Shown here piece by piece: positions 43,623-52,927 of a stretch of DNA of 64,000 bases. How positions within the stretch are numbered: the first letter of the stretch is position 1; each line of letters begins with the position of its first letter. Source of the DNA: Bacteroidota bacterium (GTDB lineage Bacteria > Bacteroidota > Bacteroidia > Chitinophagales > Chitinophagaceae); assembly GCA_023430465.1 (NCBI GenBank), contig JAEZAM010000039.1, positions 1 through 64,000 on the forward strand, read 5' to 3'. The position numbers and the translations under genes were made by a program. Below the pieces are notes generated by a model. The model did not search any database and was not told the origin of the DNA. It was given only the letters and a program-made list of their open reading frames with translations.

Positions 43623-45593
43623 GTGAAAGCATCGACTAACAAGGTCTCAGCAGCAGGACTCCTCATCGCTTTAGGGATCATTTTCGGAGACATAGGTACA
43701 TCGCCACTCTACGTATTCAATGCCATTATCAATGGCCGGGTCGTGGATGAGAACCTGATTGTGGGTACGCTTTCGTGTATCATCTGGACCCTCACGCTGC
43801 AAACGACGATCAAGTATGTAATACTTATCCTGCGCGCCGATAACCGGGGGGAGGGTGGCACATTTGCGCTCTATGCCCTCGTCAGGCGCAGGAAAAAGTG
43901 GCTGGTGATACCGGCAATGATCGGCGGAGCGGCCCTTCTCGCAGATGGTATCATTACTCCTCCTATCTCGATCACCTCCGCGATCGAGGGTCTGGGAGAA
44001 TTGCCAAACCTGAGAATGCCGACGGAAACGGTGGTGATCATTGTGATCGTAATCCTATCCCTGTTTTTCTTTCTCCAGCAATTCGGCACGGCCTCGATTG
44101 GTAAACTGTTCGGGCCGGTGATGTTTACCTGGTTTACCATGCTGGCGGTACTGGGTGTCGTGCACGTATTCGATGACCTGTCGATCTTCAAGGCGATCAG
44201 CCCGTATTACGCAGTTGAATTTCTCCGCACCTACCCGGAAGGCTTCTGGCTGCTGGGCGCTGTATTCCTATGCACCACAGGTGCGGAGGCATTGTACAGC
44301 GACCTTGGTCACTGCGGTCGTCAGAATATCCGTGTTTCCTGGATATATGTAAAAAGCTGCCTGCTCATTAACTATTTCGGGCAGGGTGCCTACCTGTTGG
44401 CTAACCGGTCAGGCATGGAAATCACAAAAGCTGTAAAAGCCGAGCAAGGCATCAATGCATTTTTTGACCTCATGCCGTCCTGGTTCATCATACCGGGAGT
44501 AGCGATTGCAACCACGGCCGCGATCGTTGCCAGCCAGGCGATGATATCCGGCGCTTTCACCCTGATCAGCGAAGCCATGCGCCTCAATTTATGGCCAAAG
44601 GTGAAGATCCGCTATCCATCGGAAGAAAAGGGTCAGTTGTTTATCCCTGCCATCAACCTGCTCATGTTCATCGGTTGTGTGGGCGTTGTCCTTTATTTCC
44701 GCGAGTCGTCGAAGATGGAAGCAGCCTATGGCCTGGCGATCATTGTAACCATGATCACGACCACCATCCTGTTTGCCAACTATCTGGTACTCCATCGTGT
44801 GAAATCAGGATGGATATGGGCTTTTCTCATAGGTTACTTTATCGTGGAGGCAGGCTATGCTGTAGCGTTGATGGATAAATTTCTGCATGGCGGGTATGTA
44901 ACCCTGCTTGTAGGAGGGGTAATGTTCCTGGTGATGTATGTGTGGTTCCGGGCCCGTCGCATCAAGAACCGCTACGTGGAGTTTGTACGAATGGAGCACT
45001 ATATTCCAAAGATCCAGGAGCTGAGCAACGACCGTGCTGTGCCCAAATACGCCACGCACCTGGTATATCTAACGAGTGCGAATAATCCAAAGGAGATCGA
45101 GCATAAGATCATTTATTCCATTCTCAACAAGAAACCCAAACGCGCCGATATCTATTGGTTCGTTCACGTGGACACCATGGATGACCCCTATACATGCGAA
45201 TACAAAGTGGATCATATCATACCGAATGATATCATACGTGTAGACTTTCGGCTTGGGTTTCGCATGGAACCGCGGATCAACCTGATGTTCCGCAAGGTGG
45301 TGGAAGATCTCGTGGCGAATAAGGAAGTGAACATCATCAGCCGTTATGAGAGCCTGGCCAGCAGCAATACCGTTGGCGACTTCCAGTTTATGGTGATGGA
45401 GAAATACCTCAGCCAGGACAATGAACTTCCGTTCATCGAGCGGGTGATCATGAAATTCCATTTCTGGCTGAAGGAGCACAGTCTTTCAGAGGAAAGAGGT
45501 TTCGGGCTGGATACGGCCAATGTAACGGTGGAAAAATTTCCGTTGATCGTATCGCCGGTGACGAATTTGAAATTGAGGCGGGTGGAGGATTGA
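43623..45593 (+). CDS. kup: KUP/HAK/KT family potassium transporter
   Basis: GTG start; N-terminal GDIGTSPLYV signature, 12 TM helices and cytoplasmic C-terminal domain. Confidence 0.85.
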   Translation: MKASTNKVSAAGLLIALGIIFGDIGTSPLYVFNAIINGRVVDENLIVGTLSCIIWTLTLQTTIKYVILILRADNRGEGGTFALYALVRRRKKWLVIPAMIGGAALLADGIITPPISITSAIEGLGELPNLRMPTETVVIIVIVILSLFFFLQQFGTASIGKLFGPVMFTWFTMLAVLGVVHVFDDLSIFKAISPYYAVEFLRTYPEGFWLLGAVFLCTTGAEALYSDLGHCGRQNIRVSWIYVKSCLLINYFGQGAYLLANRSGMEITKAVKAEQGINAFFDLMPSWFIIPGVAIATTAAIVASQAMISGAFTLISEAMRLNLWPKVKIRYPSEEKGQLFIPAINLLMFIGCVGVVLYFRESSKMEAAYGLAIIVTMITTTILFANYLVLHRVKSGWIWAFLIGYFIVEAGYAVALMDKFLHGGYVTLLVGGVMFLVMYVWFRARRIKNRYVEFVRMEHYIPKIQELSNDRAVPKYATHLVYLTSANNPKEIEHKIIYSILNKKPKRADIYWFVHVDTMDDPYTCEYKVDHIIPNDIIRVDFRLGFRMEPRINLMFRKVVEDLVANKEVNIISRYESLASSNTVGDFQFMVMEKYLSQDNELPFIERVIMKFHFWLKEHSLSEERGFGLDTANVTVEKFPLIVSPVTNLKLRRVED

Positions 45594-45649
45594 CAGGAGT
45601 GAAACGGGGTTTCCAACAGGCGGAAACCGTCTAAACCCCGCAAAATCGA

Positions 45650-45681
45650 AAGTTGTCAACCTTTAAAAGGTTGTCAACCTT
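45650..45681. promoter_or_regulatory. tandem 15-bp palindromic operator-like sites AAG(G)TTG-T-CAACCTT x2
   Basis: copy 2 (45667-45681) is a perfect 7+1+7 palindrome, copy 1 (45650-45663) lacks one G; centres 18 bp apart; 25 bp upstream of the hydrolase paralog start. Confidence 0.45.
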
Positions 45682-45705
45682 TTCGCGATAACAAGTAAAC
45701 CGACC

Positions 45706-46494
45706 TTGCCTACATTCATTTGGTATATCATCCTCATCGTCGCCGGGCTATCCGTGCTGATCTATTTTTTCCAGGAACGTTTTATTTTCAAACCGGAAAA
45801 ACTAAAAGCCGATTTCAAATTCACCTACGACATTCCCTTCCGCGAATATTTCTTTGATATCGAACCCGGCGTACGGATCAACGGGCTGCATTTTCATCGG
45901 CCGTCCCCTGCCGGCCTGATCCTTTACTTTCACGGCAACACCCGGAGCATAAAGGGTTGGGCTAAATATGCCCGCGATTTTTACAGGCATAACTATGACG
46001 TGGTCCTCGTTGATTACCGCGGATTTGGCAAGAGTACCGGCAAGCGAAGCGAACGGGAGATGATGACCGATATGCAGTTCGTTTACGACAGGCTCCGCGA
46101 AACCTATGACGAACATCACCTGATCGTATATGGACGCAGCATCGGGAGCGGGTTTGCTGCCAAACTTGCGGCAGACAACCGGCCGCGTTACCTTATCCTC
46201 GACGCCCCCTACTATAATTTCGTGAAAGTCGTGGAGCGCTTCCTCCCTATCCTTCCGGTGCGCTTCGTGTTGCGGTATCACCTGCGCACGGACAAATGGA
46301 TCCGGAAAGTAAACTGCCATACCTACATTATTCATGGCACGCGCGACTGGCTCATTCCTATCCGGCACAGCGAGCGGCTGCAACAGCTCAATCCGCACAA
46401 AATCACCCTGATACGCATTACCGGAGGGGGACACAACAACCTTCCGCGGTTCGATGAGTACCATAATTTCGTGCGGGATATTCTGAAATATTAA
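45706..46494 (+). CDS. membrane-anchored alpha/beta-hydrolase (paralog B)
   Basis: TTG start; N-terminal TM; nucleophile elbow GRSIGSG; catalytic His in GGGHNN; collinear with paralog A. Confidence 0.7.
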   Translation: MPTFIWYIILIVAGLSVLIYFFQERFIFKPEKLKADFKFTYDIPFREYFFDIEPGVRINGLHFHRPSPAGLILYFHGNTRSIKGWAKYARDFYRHNYDVVLVDYRGFGKSTGKRSEREMMTDMQFVYDRLRETYDEHHLIVYGRSIGSGFAAKLAADNRPRYLILDAPYYNFVKVVERFLPILPVRFVLRYHLRTDKWIRKVNCHTYIIHGTRDWLIPIRHSERLQQLNPHKITLIRITGGGHNNLPRFDEYHNFVRDILKY

Positions 46495-46589
46495 GCGGTT
46501 TTCTGCGTTTTTGTTAAGTCTATTGTAATTGAAGGGGTTATGTTGTTACTTAGTAGCCGCAAAACCGTCATATCCTATAAAGAACGACT

Positions 46590-47732
46590 ATGAATCCAAA
46601 ACTTTACACCCTGCTCTTCCTGTCGATCGTGTTATTCTCCTGCAAATCTGCAGAGAAACTATACAACCAGGGCCGCTATGAAGAAGCGGTATCGCTCGCT
46701 GCAAAAAAGCTCAGCAAGAAACCCAATGACCTCGAACTACAGGATATCCTGCAAAATGCCTATCGCTATGCCGTACAGGATCACGAAAATCGCATCAGGA
46801 ATTTTTCTGCAAGCAATTCCGACCTACGTTTCGAAAACATCTACCGCGAGTACACCAGCCTGCAACGACTTTATGAAGTAATCAGGAAAACACCCGCTGT
46901 TTACGAAAAAGTGCAGCCTACTGATTATTCATCGTACATCGCTACGTATAAAGAAGAAGCCGGCAATGCGCGGCTCGACCGGGGCGATGAGCTCATGAGC
47001 ATGAATACAAAGCTTGGCGCACGCGACGCATATTACGAGTTTCAGAAAGCGCTTACGCTGAAACCCGGTGATCTTTCCATTCGTCAGAAAATAGACGAAG
47101 CCTATGCCAACGCGGTAACGAATGTGATCGTGATGCCATTGACCCGGTTTGGATACCAGTACTCCTCTTATAACTACGATTTTCACAACTTCGACTACAA
47201 TGTTCTGAACTCGCTGAACAGCGCGAAGAACAATACTTTTCTGCGGTTCCTGGCGGCACCTGAAGCAGAAAGAACGAACACAAGACCAGACAACTTTGTA
47301 GATCTTAAGTTCAGTGATGTAAACATTGGCCGCTACCGTGATCAGCGGACCGTCCGGGAAGTAAGTCGCCAGGTGGTATCGAAAGAAATTGTGCATAAAG
47401 CCGATTCTGTAACAAAAGAATATATCACGGTAAAGGCCAGGATCAGCACAGTGACCCGCACATTGCAGGCTGACGGACTGATGCAGGCAACCGTTCGCGA
47501 CCATGAAAGCAGGTGGATGTGGAGCGACACGTACACCGGTAACTACAACTGGTCAGCTACTTTCTCCAGCTATACGGGCGATGAGCGCGCACTGAGCGAT
47601 GAGGATAAAAAACTGCTGAAACAAAAAGAACAATGGCCTCCTTCGAATGATGAGATCATACGGATCATCATGAACGAAATACAAAGCAAGACCCAATGTG
47701 GTATATCGGATTATTTCAGGAGATATAATTGA
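46590..47732 (+). CDS. hypothetical lipoprotein with TPR-like N-terminal helices
   Basis: lipobox LFSCKS; N-terminal LYNQGRYEEAVSLAAKKL helical repeat. Confidence 0.45.
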   Translation: MNPKLYTLLFLSIVLFSCKSAEKLYNQGRYEEAVSLAAKKLSKKPNDLELQDILQNAYRYAVQDHENRIRNFSASNSDLRFENIYREYTSLQRLYEVIRKTPAVYEKVQPTDYSSYIATYKEEAGNARLDRGDELMSMNTKLGARDAYYEFQKALTLKPGDLSIRQKIDEAYANAVTNVIVMPLTRFGYQYSSYNYDFHNFDYNVLNSLNSAKNNTFLRFLAAPEAERTNTRPDNFVDLKFSDVNIGRYRDQRTVREVSRQVVSKEIVHKADSVTKEYITVKARISTVTRTLQADGLMQATVRDHESRWMWSDTYTGNYNWSATFSSYTGDERALSDEDKKLLKQKEQWPPSNDEIIRIIMNEIQSKTQCGISDYFRRYN

Positions 47733-47769
47733 GTGCGGACCTGCCTGCCGGCAAGGGGCTGGGGCTGGG

Positions 47770-48140
47770 TGCTGGATGACTGGATACTGGATTGCTGGAT
47801 GCTGGATGCTGGCCTGCCGGAGCGAAGCGGAGGTAGGATACGGGATGCTGGATACTTGCTGCTTTGGAGCGAGAAAGGAGAGTGAGAGCGGGTTTAGCTA
47901 TAGGATTTTTAATTCTTACTTGATCAGCTACGCCCGGTCCCTGAGTAGCGCATGAGCGCAGCGAATGTGCGTATCGAAGGGACCTGAAATCGGGTGCTGA
48001 TTGGCTGGATACTGGATTGCTGGATGCGGTACCCGGGGATTGTCTACGCCAGTGGTGACGGAGCCGCCGCTTGCCCTGCTTGCGGTGCTTGCACTGAGCT
48101 TGTCGAAGTGAACTTGTCGAAGTGAGCCTGTCGAAGGGAC
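47770..48140. repeat. non-coding region with dispersed and tandem short repeats
   Basis: (t)gctggat x6 array at 47770-47811; 23-bp direct repeat ctggatactggattgctggatgc at about 47789 and about 48008; cttgtcgaagtga x2 plus cgaagggacct x2 at 48098-48145. Confidence 0.5.
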
Positions 48141-48203
48141 CTCGTATAATATTGCAAGTGCGCACCCGGCTCCGCAAAATTCTCCCGACTACCTGAACCT
48201 CTC

Positions 48204-48923
48204 CTAATCAAACATCTTTTCCCAAAACCGGAAGTCAATGGTGGTACTGGCAGGGCAGCCGGTGCAGTCTGAGCTTAGCTGCTGCAGCTTTTCCTTGAAT
48301 TTTCTTCCTGCAGATTTGAAGTGCTCGAGGGGTTTTGGAGTTTTCACAGGGAACGGAAAAGATGCCGGCTCCGGGTTATAGGCCACCAATCTCATGTGCA
48401 GATCACCATTGGCTTCTTCTATCTCACAGATAAGACCAGGCAAACCGCCAAATTTCCAGGGGCCATGGCCAGGCAGCAATTGCCCAGTATACCAGGCTAC
48501 ATACTTCCTGCCCCTGAATTCGGTGGTGGCCATTGTGCACAGGAAGCTGTCTAGCCGCTTCTGAATGGGCTGGATCACCCATTTCATTGAGTGCAATGAA
48601 TCTGAATACAGTGCGGGCTTGAAGTTGCTGAACAGGTAGTCTTCAAAGAGGCATACTCCTTCTTCGATGTTTTTGTATATCCGCCAAAGGGTATCAATGG
48701 GGGCGTGAATAGCTTCCGCGGATTTATCCTCGGGAGTGTTTTTAATATAAAAGACGGATCGTTGAAATGAGTCGATGAGGAGAAAAGCCTGGTAGGAAAC
48801 GAACCGCCCGCCTTCCCGGTCAAATTTCTCGTTGAATCTGACCGAGTATGAGATGGATTGCGCTTTGGCGGAAAAGACTATCCAGGAAAATATAAGGGAA
48901 AGAAATTTAATTGAATGATTCAT
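48204..48923 (-). CDS. GLPGLI-family protein (TIGR01200-like)
   Basis: signal peptide MNHSIKFLSLIFSWIVFSAKAQ and the family-name motif FGGLPGLICEIE. Confidence 0.65.
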   Translation of the reverse strand: MNHSIKFLSLIFSWIVFSAKAQSISYSVRFNEKFDREGGRFVSYQAFLLIDSFQRSVFYIKNTPEDKSAEAIHAPIDTLWRIYKNIEEGVCLFEDYLFSNFKPALYSDSLHSMKWVIQPIQKRLDSFLCTMATTEFRGRKYVAWYTGQLLPGHGPWKFGGLPGLICEIEEANGDLHMRLVAYNPEPASFPFPVKTPKPLEHFKSAGRKFKEKLQQLSSDCTGCPASTTIDFRFWEKMFD

Positions 48924-48943
48924 GAATGATATCCAGTATGGGT

Positions 48944-49207
48944 TTATAAAATTGTTTGAAGTAATGCTTGCAGGCGGTTCTTGGATTTTTTTAAACAGCT
49001 TGATACTTCACTGATAGCGAGATCGCAGTTTTCATTTGTTGATGTGCAGCTAATAGACGCCTCCTGACCGAGAATACTAATGGTAATGGTCGCTGAAAAT
49101 GTGCAGGCTGCTGGCAAACGGGCAGCCCTATTTATTGGTAAAAAATTTGACGCGTTTGTCAAATTGAAGGTAAACAATAGAGTTGTAGTAATTATAAGTG
49201 CTTTCAT
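48944..49207 (-). CDS. candidate small Cys-rich secreted peptide (very uncertain)
   Basis: 87-aa ORF from the internal ATG (MKALIITTTLLFTFNLTNA...), 5 Cys, ends 21 bp before the GLPGLI gene; it contains the perfect 22-bp palindrome at 49144-49165 and a + strand ORF (49080..49277) overlaps it, so it may be non-coding. Confidence 0.15.
   Translation of the reverse strand: MKALIITTTLLFTFNLTNASNFLPINRAARLPAACTFSATITISILGQEASISCTSTNENCDLAISEVSSCLKKSKNRLQALLQTIL
49144..49165. promoter_or_regulatory. perfect 22-bp palindrome AATTTGAC-N6-GTCAAATT in the divergent intergenic region
   Basis: 8-bp arms are exact reverse complements with a gcgttt spacer; lies in the 507-bp gap between the GLPGLI gene and sensor module 1. 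Confidence 0.5.
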
Positions 49208-49430
49208 ATTGACTATTTGGTACTGGATATCATTCAACAGCAAACTTAGATCGTCGTTGGAGTGCATCCTTAGGTAAAACACTTAAACTGCGTAGTTCTT
49301 TTCACTTGAATAATTGCGGGAGCTGTGATAAATCACCACTTTTAGACGGTTAAAAACCCCGGCTTTTAGCGTGCTGTTCACCTTGGGAAAGGTTTCAGGC
49401 AATTATAATTTCATTATCAAAAGCCAGACA

Positions 49431-50123
49431 ATGAACTTTTCGAAACTTTTCAGCAACGGGGAATATATTGCTTCGCTTTGTCTATTAACACTTTGTCTAG
49501 TCCTCTTGCCATCAATTATGCGGCAAATTGTCACTGGCAGGGTTAAACACTATCTCAAAGTCTTTCCAATTTACATTTTGATGATTTCTGTTCAGTTAGC
49601 GCTTTCGATGTATAGTGAGTGCGGATCAACTAAGGTGAAGTATTCGAGGGACAGTCTGTCGAATATTTCTGCATTTTTCTTTGTGACATTGGAATCGTTA
49701 GTATTTAGTTTCTACTTCTATTCCATCATTCATCACCGTGCGACGCGACAATGCCTGATACTTTTTATGGTCATTATAAGTGTACTTAGCCCTTTACTCT
49801 GGTATTCTAATTTGAGGTACATTGATATTATCTCTACGCTTACAGTACTGGAGGCTTCGGTTCTCATACCTGTTTCTATGTACTCCGTCTATAGGCTGGC
49901 GCTGAAGCCGGGCTCATTCTCTTTACAAAGTGAAGTTGAATTTTGGGTCAGTATCGCAATCCTTGAATTGTTGATGATGTTGGCCCCAATTTATTGCCTA
50001 CTGGAGCTTTTTAGATATCAGCCTGGCGTTCAGATACTGGATCATTTAGCATATATGGTGTGCGTCGTCTTACTTACAAAATCTTTCAACACCAAACCAA
50101 CCCTAATATGGCCACGATTATAA
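49431..50123 (+). CDS. polytopic membrane protein, partner of HisKA_3 kinase (module 1)
   Basis: about 230 aa, about 6 TM helices and no soluble domain; start trimmed to the ATG at 49431; last 16 nt overlap the kinase start (ATGGCCACGATTATAA); shares motifs with 53753..54472. Confidence 0.55.
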   Translation: MNFSKLFSNGEYIASLCLLTLCLVLLPSIMRQIVTGRVKHYLKVFPIYILMISVQLALSMYSECGSTKVKYSRDSLSNISAFFFVTLESLVFSFYFYSIIHHRATRQCLILFMVIISVLSPLLWYSNLRYIDIISTLTVLEASVLIPVSMYSVYRLALKPGSFSLQSEVEFWVSIAILELLMMLAPIYCLLELFRYQPGVQILDHLAYMVCVVLLTKSFNTKPTLIWPRL

Positions 50124-50884
50124 TGCTAATTCTCTTCCTTGCGGTCTTTGCTAGTTTTGGGATTTTTGCTCTTATTTTCTTTAAAAGGAGTCATGTCGCG
50201 TTTGCATTGGATCTAGGACATTATAAGTCTACATCCTACAAAGATCTTTTAAGTTGCCAGATGGAAATGCAAGAATTCACTTATGCCCATATTTCTCGTG
50301 AGATTCATGATAATATTAACTTATCGCTTACGTTGTCAAAACTATATCTCAATACTATTGATTGGACAAAAGGTCAAAGTTCGGCGGAAAAACAAGTTAG
50401 GGCTTCTGTCGATTTGATCTCAAAAACACTGCAGGATTTAAACCAGCTGTCTAAAAGTTTGAGTTGTGATTTCATATCTGCGAATGGTCTGGTAACTGCA
50501 TGCGAATTAGAAGTCGAGCGTATACAGCAAACCAAACTGTATGACATCAGGCTCCAAAAAAGGGGACACAGGGTCTGTTTGGCGGGGGATCGTGAACTCA
50601 TGATTCTTCGAATCTTGCAGGAAGCCTTACACAATATAATAAAGCACGCTAATGCCTCATCCATTCGTATCAAATTACATTTTTACACAAAGTCGATTTT
50701 ACTTATTGTTAGTGATAATGGGAAGGGATTTGAGACTAGTAGGGGGTTCGAAAGTTTCGGTGGATCAGGGCTACAAAATATGAAAAACAGAGTGATTCTT
50801 CTAGGTGGACTTATGTCGGTCAGGTCAGTTCCTGCATACGGCACCTCTTTAAAATTTAAAATACCTATTAATTATGGAACTTAG
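50108..50884 (+). CDS. HisKA_3-type sensor histidine kinase with single N-terminal TM (module 1)
   Basis: TM IIMLILFLAVFASFGIFALIFF; H-box ISREIHDNINLSL; HATPase N-box NIIKHANAS and G-boxes DNGKGF, GGSGLQNM. Confidence 0.75.
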   Translation: MATIIMLILFLAVFASFGIFALIFFKRSHVAFALDLGHYKSTSYKDLLSCQMEMQEFTYAHISREIHDNINLSLTLSKLYLNTIDWTKGQSSAEKQVRASVDLISKTLQDLNQLSKSLSCDFISANGLVTACELEVERIQQTKLYDIRLQKRGHRVCLAGDRELMILRILQEALHNIIKHANASSIRIKLHFYTKSILLIVSDNGKGFETSRGFESFGGSGLQNMKNRVILLGGLMSVRSVPAYGTSLKFKIPINYGT

Positions 50885-51539
50885 TACTACGCAAATCAAA
50901 GTGGCTCTGGCCGATGATCATGTTTTACTGCGCAATGCCCTTGCATTGTTAATCGATAATTTCGACGAATGTCGAATTGTTAACCAATCCGGTACAGGAA
51001 CTCAGCTGATACAGGCAGTTTCTTCTGGAGAAAAGCCAGATGTTATAATTCTCGACCTTAACATGCCAGACATGGATGGATTCGAGACTGCTAACTGGCT
51101 CTTCGTAAACCACCCGGAGATCCACATTTTGATGTTAACTATGTATGATTCTGAGTTATCTCTGATACGGTTGCTCAAGTTGGGCGTTAGAGGCTTTTTG
51201 AAAAAAGACATTCATCCATCGGAACTGAAGCATGCAATACGGACTGTTTTTGATGCAGGATTTTACTATTCAAGTCAGACAACTGGTAGGCTAGTGAATT
51301 TATTTAAGAATCAGTCTGAACCGAATTCCAAATTTCATAAGTCTGCGCTGAGTGATCTAGAGCTTAGGTTTTTGAAGGCAGTTTGTTCTGACTTGACTTA
51401 CAAGGAAATTGCACAAAAAATGCAATTGAACCCTCGCTCAATCGATACGCTCCGTGATCAGCTCTTCATAAAATTGGACGTCAAAAGTAGAGTGGGTTTG
51501 GCTATGGTAGCAATTCGACATGGTATTGTAGCTTTCTAA
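50874..51539 (+). CDS. NarL/FixJ-family (LuxR-type HTH) response regulator (module 1)
   Basis: receiver with ADDH and phospho-acceptor Asp in IILDLNMPDMDG; C-terminal GerE-type HTH (LTYKEIAQKMQLNPRSIDTLRDQLFIKL). Confidence 0.8.
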   Translation: MELSTTQIKVALADDHVLLRNALALLIDNFDECRIVNQSGTGTQLIQAVSSGEKPDVIILDLNMPDMDGFETANWLFVNHPEIHILMLTMYDSELSLIRLLKLGVRGFLKKDIHPSELKHAIRTVFDAGFYYSSQTTGRLVNLFKNQSEPNSKFHKSALSDLELRFLKAVCSDLTYKEIAQKMQLNPRSIDTLRDQLFIKLDVKSRVGLAMVAIRHGIVAF

Positions 51540-52261
51540 GCTTTCTTCGCCACAATGTAGCAATGTTCGTCCCCAAGTTTAAATTTCCGTTTTCGCGGCG
51601 TGCTGTATACAGCAATATTAGTATACCCTATATTTTGAAACAGTTCGTAATACTCGGATATGGACAGTATATAATCTGTGTCGAAGATTGTTTCTTTTAC
51701 CTTGTCATCGTGTATCAAAGTGTGGGTGCTCTCGATCCTCGTCGGATCAAATAAATATTCATTACTTATCATATAGGTAATATCCCGTACTTGAAACCAC
51801 TCTTTTGCCTGGAACCTTCTCGCGATAATCTCTGTTATCATCCACGAATTTATCAATAGAAACCCTTGGGGCCGAAGTGAATCAAAACTTTTTTTAATGA
51901 AATCATGTTGCTCGGATTTAGTCAGAGAGCCAATACTATTACCCATGCAAATAATACTGTCATATTCACGGCTAATTTCTAATTCACGAATATCAGTAAG
52001 ACTGACCTTTAGGTTATAATTCTCAAACTCTCGAAGTTCGTCAATATATGTTGTTGATTCGTCGATTGCTTGTACGGTATGTCCAAGTTCGGCAAGTTTG
52101 CGAGCATGCCTGCCAAATCCGCACATTACATCTAATATATTCCCTTTGCTTTCTTCTTTGAGCAAAGAGGTTATAAACTCCACCTCAGCGTCGGTCAAAG
52201 CGTCTGGGGTCATATCCCGCCAAAGCTGATGATATAACCCACTGAATAGTTTTTGACTCAT
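51536..52261 (-). CDS. class I SAM-dependent methyltransferase
   Basis: motif I ILDVMCGFGRHA and acidic post-I residue (AIDES); 241 aa; stop overlaps the convergent module-1 regulator by 4 nt. Confidence 0.7.
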   Translation of the reverse strand: MSQKLFSGLYHQLWRDMTPDALTDAEVEFITSLLKEESKGNILDVMCGFGRHARKLAELGHTVQAIDESTTYIDELREFENYNLKVSLTDIRELEISREYDSIICMGNSIGSLTKSEQHDFIKKSFDSLRPQGFLLINSWMITEIIARRFQAKEWFQVRDITYMISNEYLFDPTRIESTHTLIHDDKVKETIFDTDYILSISEYYELFQNIGYTNIAVYSTPRKRKFKLGDEHCYIVAKKA

Positions 52262-52264
52262 AAT

Positions 52265-52927
52265 TTATTCCAACAATTTATTCCTCATGGCGTACATCAC
52301 CAGTCCTGCAATGGTCTTTGCTCCTACTTTTTGTTTCATGTTCTGGCGAATGGTCTCGATGGTGCGGGGGCTTAAAAATACCTCTTTGGAGATTTCTTCC
52401 GTGGTCTTGTCTTCTGCTATCAGCTTCAGGATCCGGATCTCTTTCTCAGATAGTTTGATCGGGTTGGGGTAGAACTGGCGGACCGTTTTTTTGTGCTGGA
52501 GTTTCAGCAGTACGGCTTTATTCACCAGCTCGTTGAAATAGAAATCATCGTTCATGCAGGTGAGGATGGCCTGGTAGATCTCTTCGGGATCGGTGGTCTT
52601 GGTGAGGTAGGCATTGGCGCCCATCTCCATCATCTTGGTGATCATCTCCTGGTCATCATACATCGTCAGTACGATAATCTTGACCGCCTCGTACTCCTTG
52701 CGGATCATACCGATGGCGTTGATGCCGTCCACCTCGGGCATGCGGATATCCATCAGGATCACATCCGGCTGCTTGAGCTGGAGCTTGTGCATCAGGTCCT
52801 TGCCGTCTTCTGCCTCCCAGAGGATCTTGAGATAATCTTTGTCTTTCAGGGCCATGCGGATGCCATCGCGAAAGATCTTGTGGTCGTCGGCGATGGCTAC
52901 TTTGATCAGCTGCTGGGTGGTGCTCAT
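52265..52927 (-). CDS. NarL/FixJ-family (LuxR-type) response regulator, no adjacent kinase
   Basis: IKVAIADDHKIFRDG receiver; phospho-acceptor Asp in ILMDIRMPEVDG; GerE HTH; paralogous to 55339..55989. Confidence 0.8.
   Translation of the reverse strand: MSTTQQLIKVAIADDHKIFRDGIRMALKDKDYLKILWEAEDGKDLMHKLQLKQPDVILMDIRMPEVDGINAIGMIRKEYEAVKIIVLTMYDDQEMITKMMEMGANAYLTKTTDPEEIYQAILTCMNDDFYFNELVNKAVLLKLQHKKTVRQFYPNPIKLSEKEIRILKLIAEDKTTEEISKEVFLSPRTIETIRQNMKQKVGAKTIAGLVMYAMRNKLLE

Noticed and set aside
47716-48177. 153-aa minus-strand ORF rich in R/S/P/A
   Set aside because: Spans the repeat-laden intergenic region; its composition reflects translation of GCTGGAT-type repeats; no start context.
49080-49277. 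65-aa plus-strand small ORF with one hydrophobic helix
   Set aside because: Overlaps the alternative minus-strand small ORF and contains the perfect palindrome; AT-rich region prone to chance ORFs. Kept only as a possibility within the intergenic finding.
49371-50123. Membrane ORF plus kinase ORF as one frameshifted gene
   Set aside because: The same split (membrane ORF then kinase ORF with its own TM and start codon) occurs in both paralogous modules. Module 1 shows classic ATG...TAA overlap coupling, so they are treated as separate genes rather than a pseudogene.
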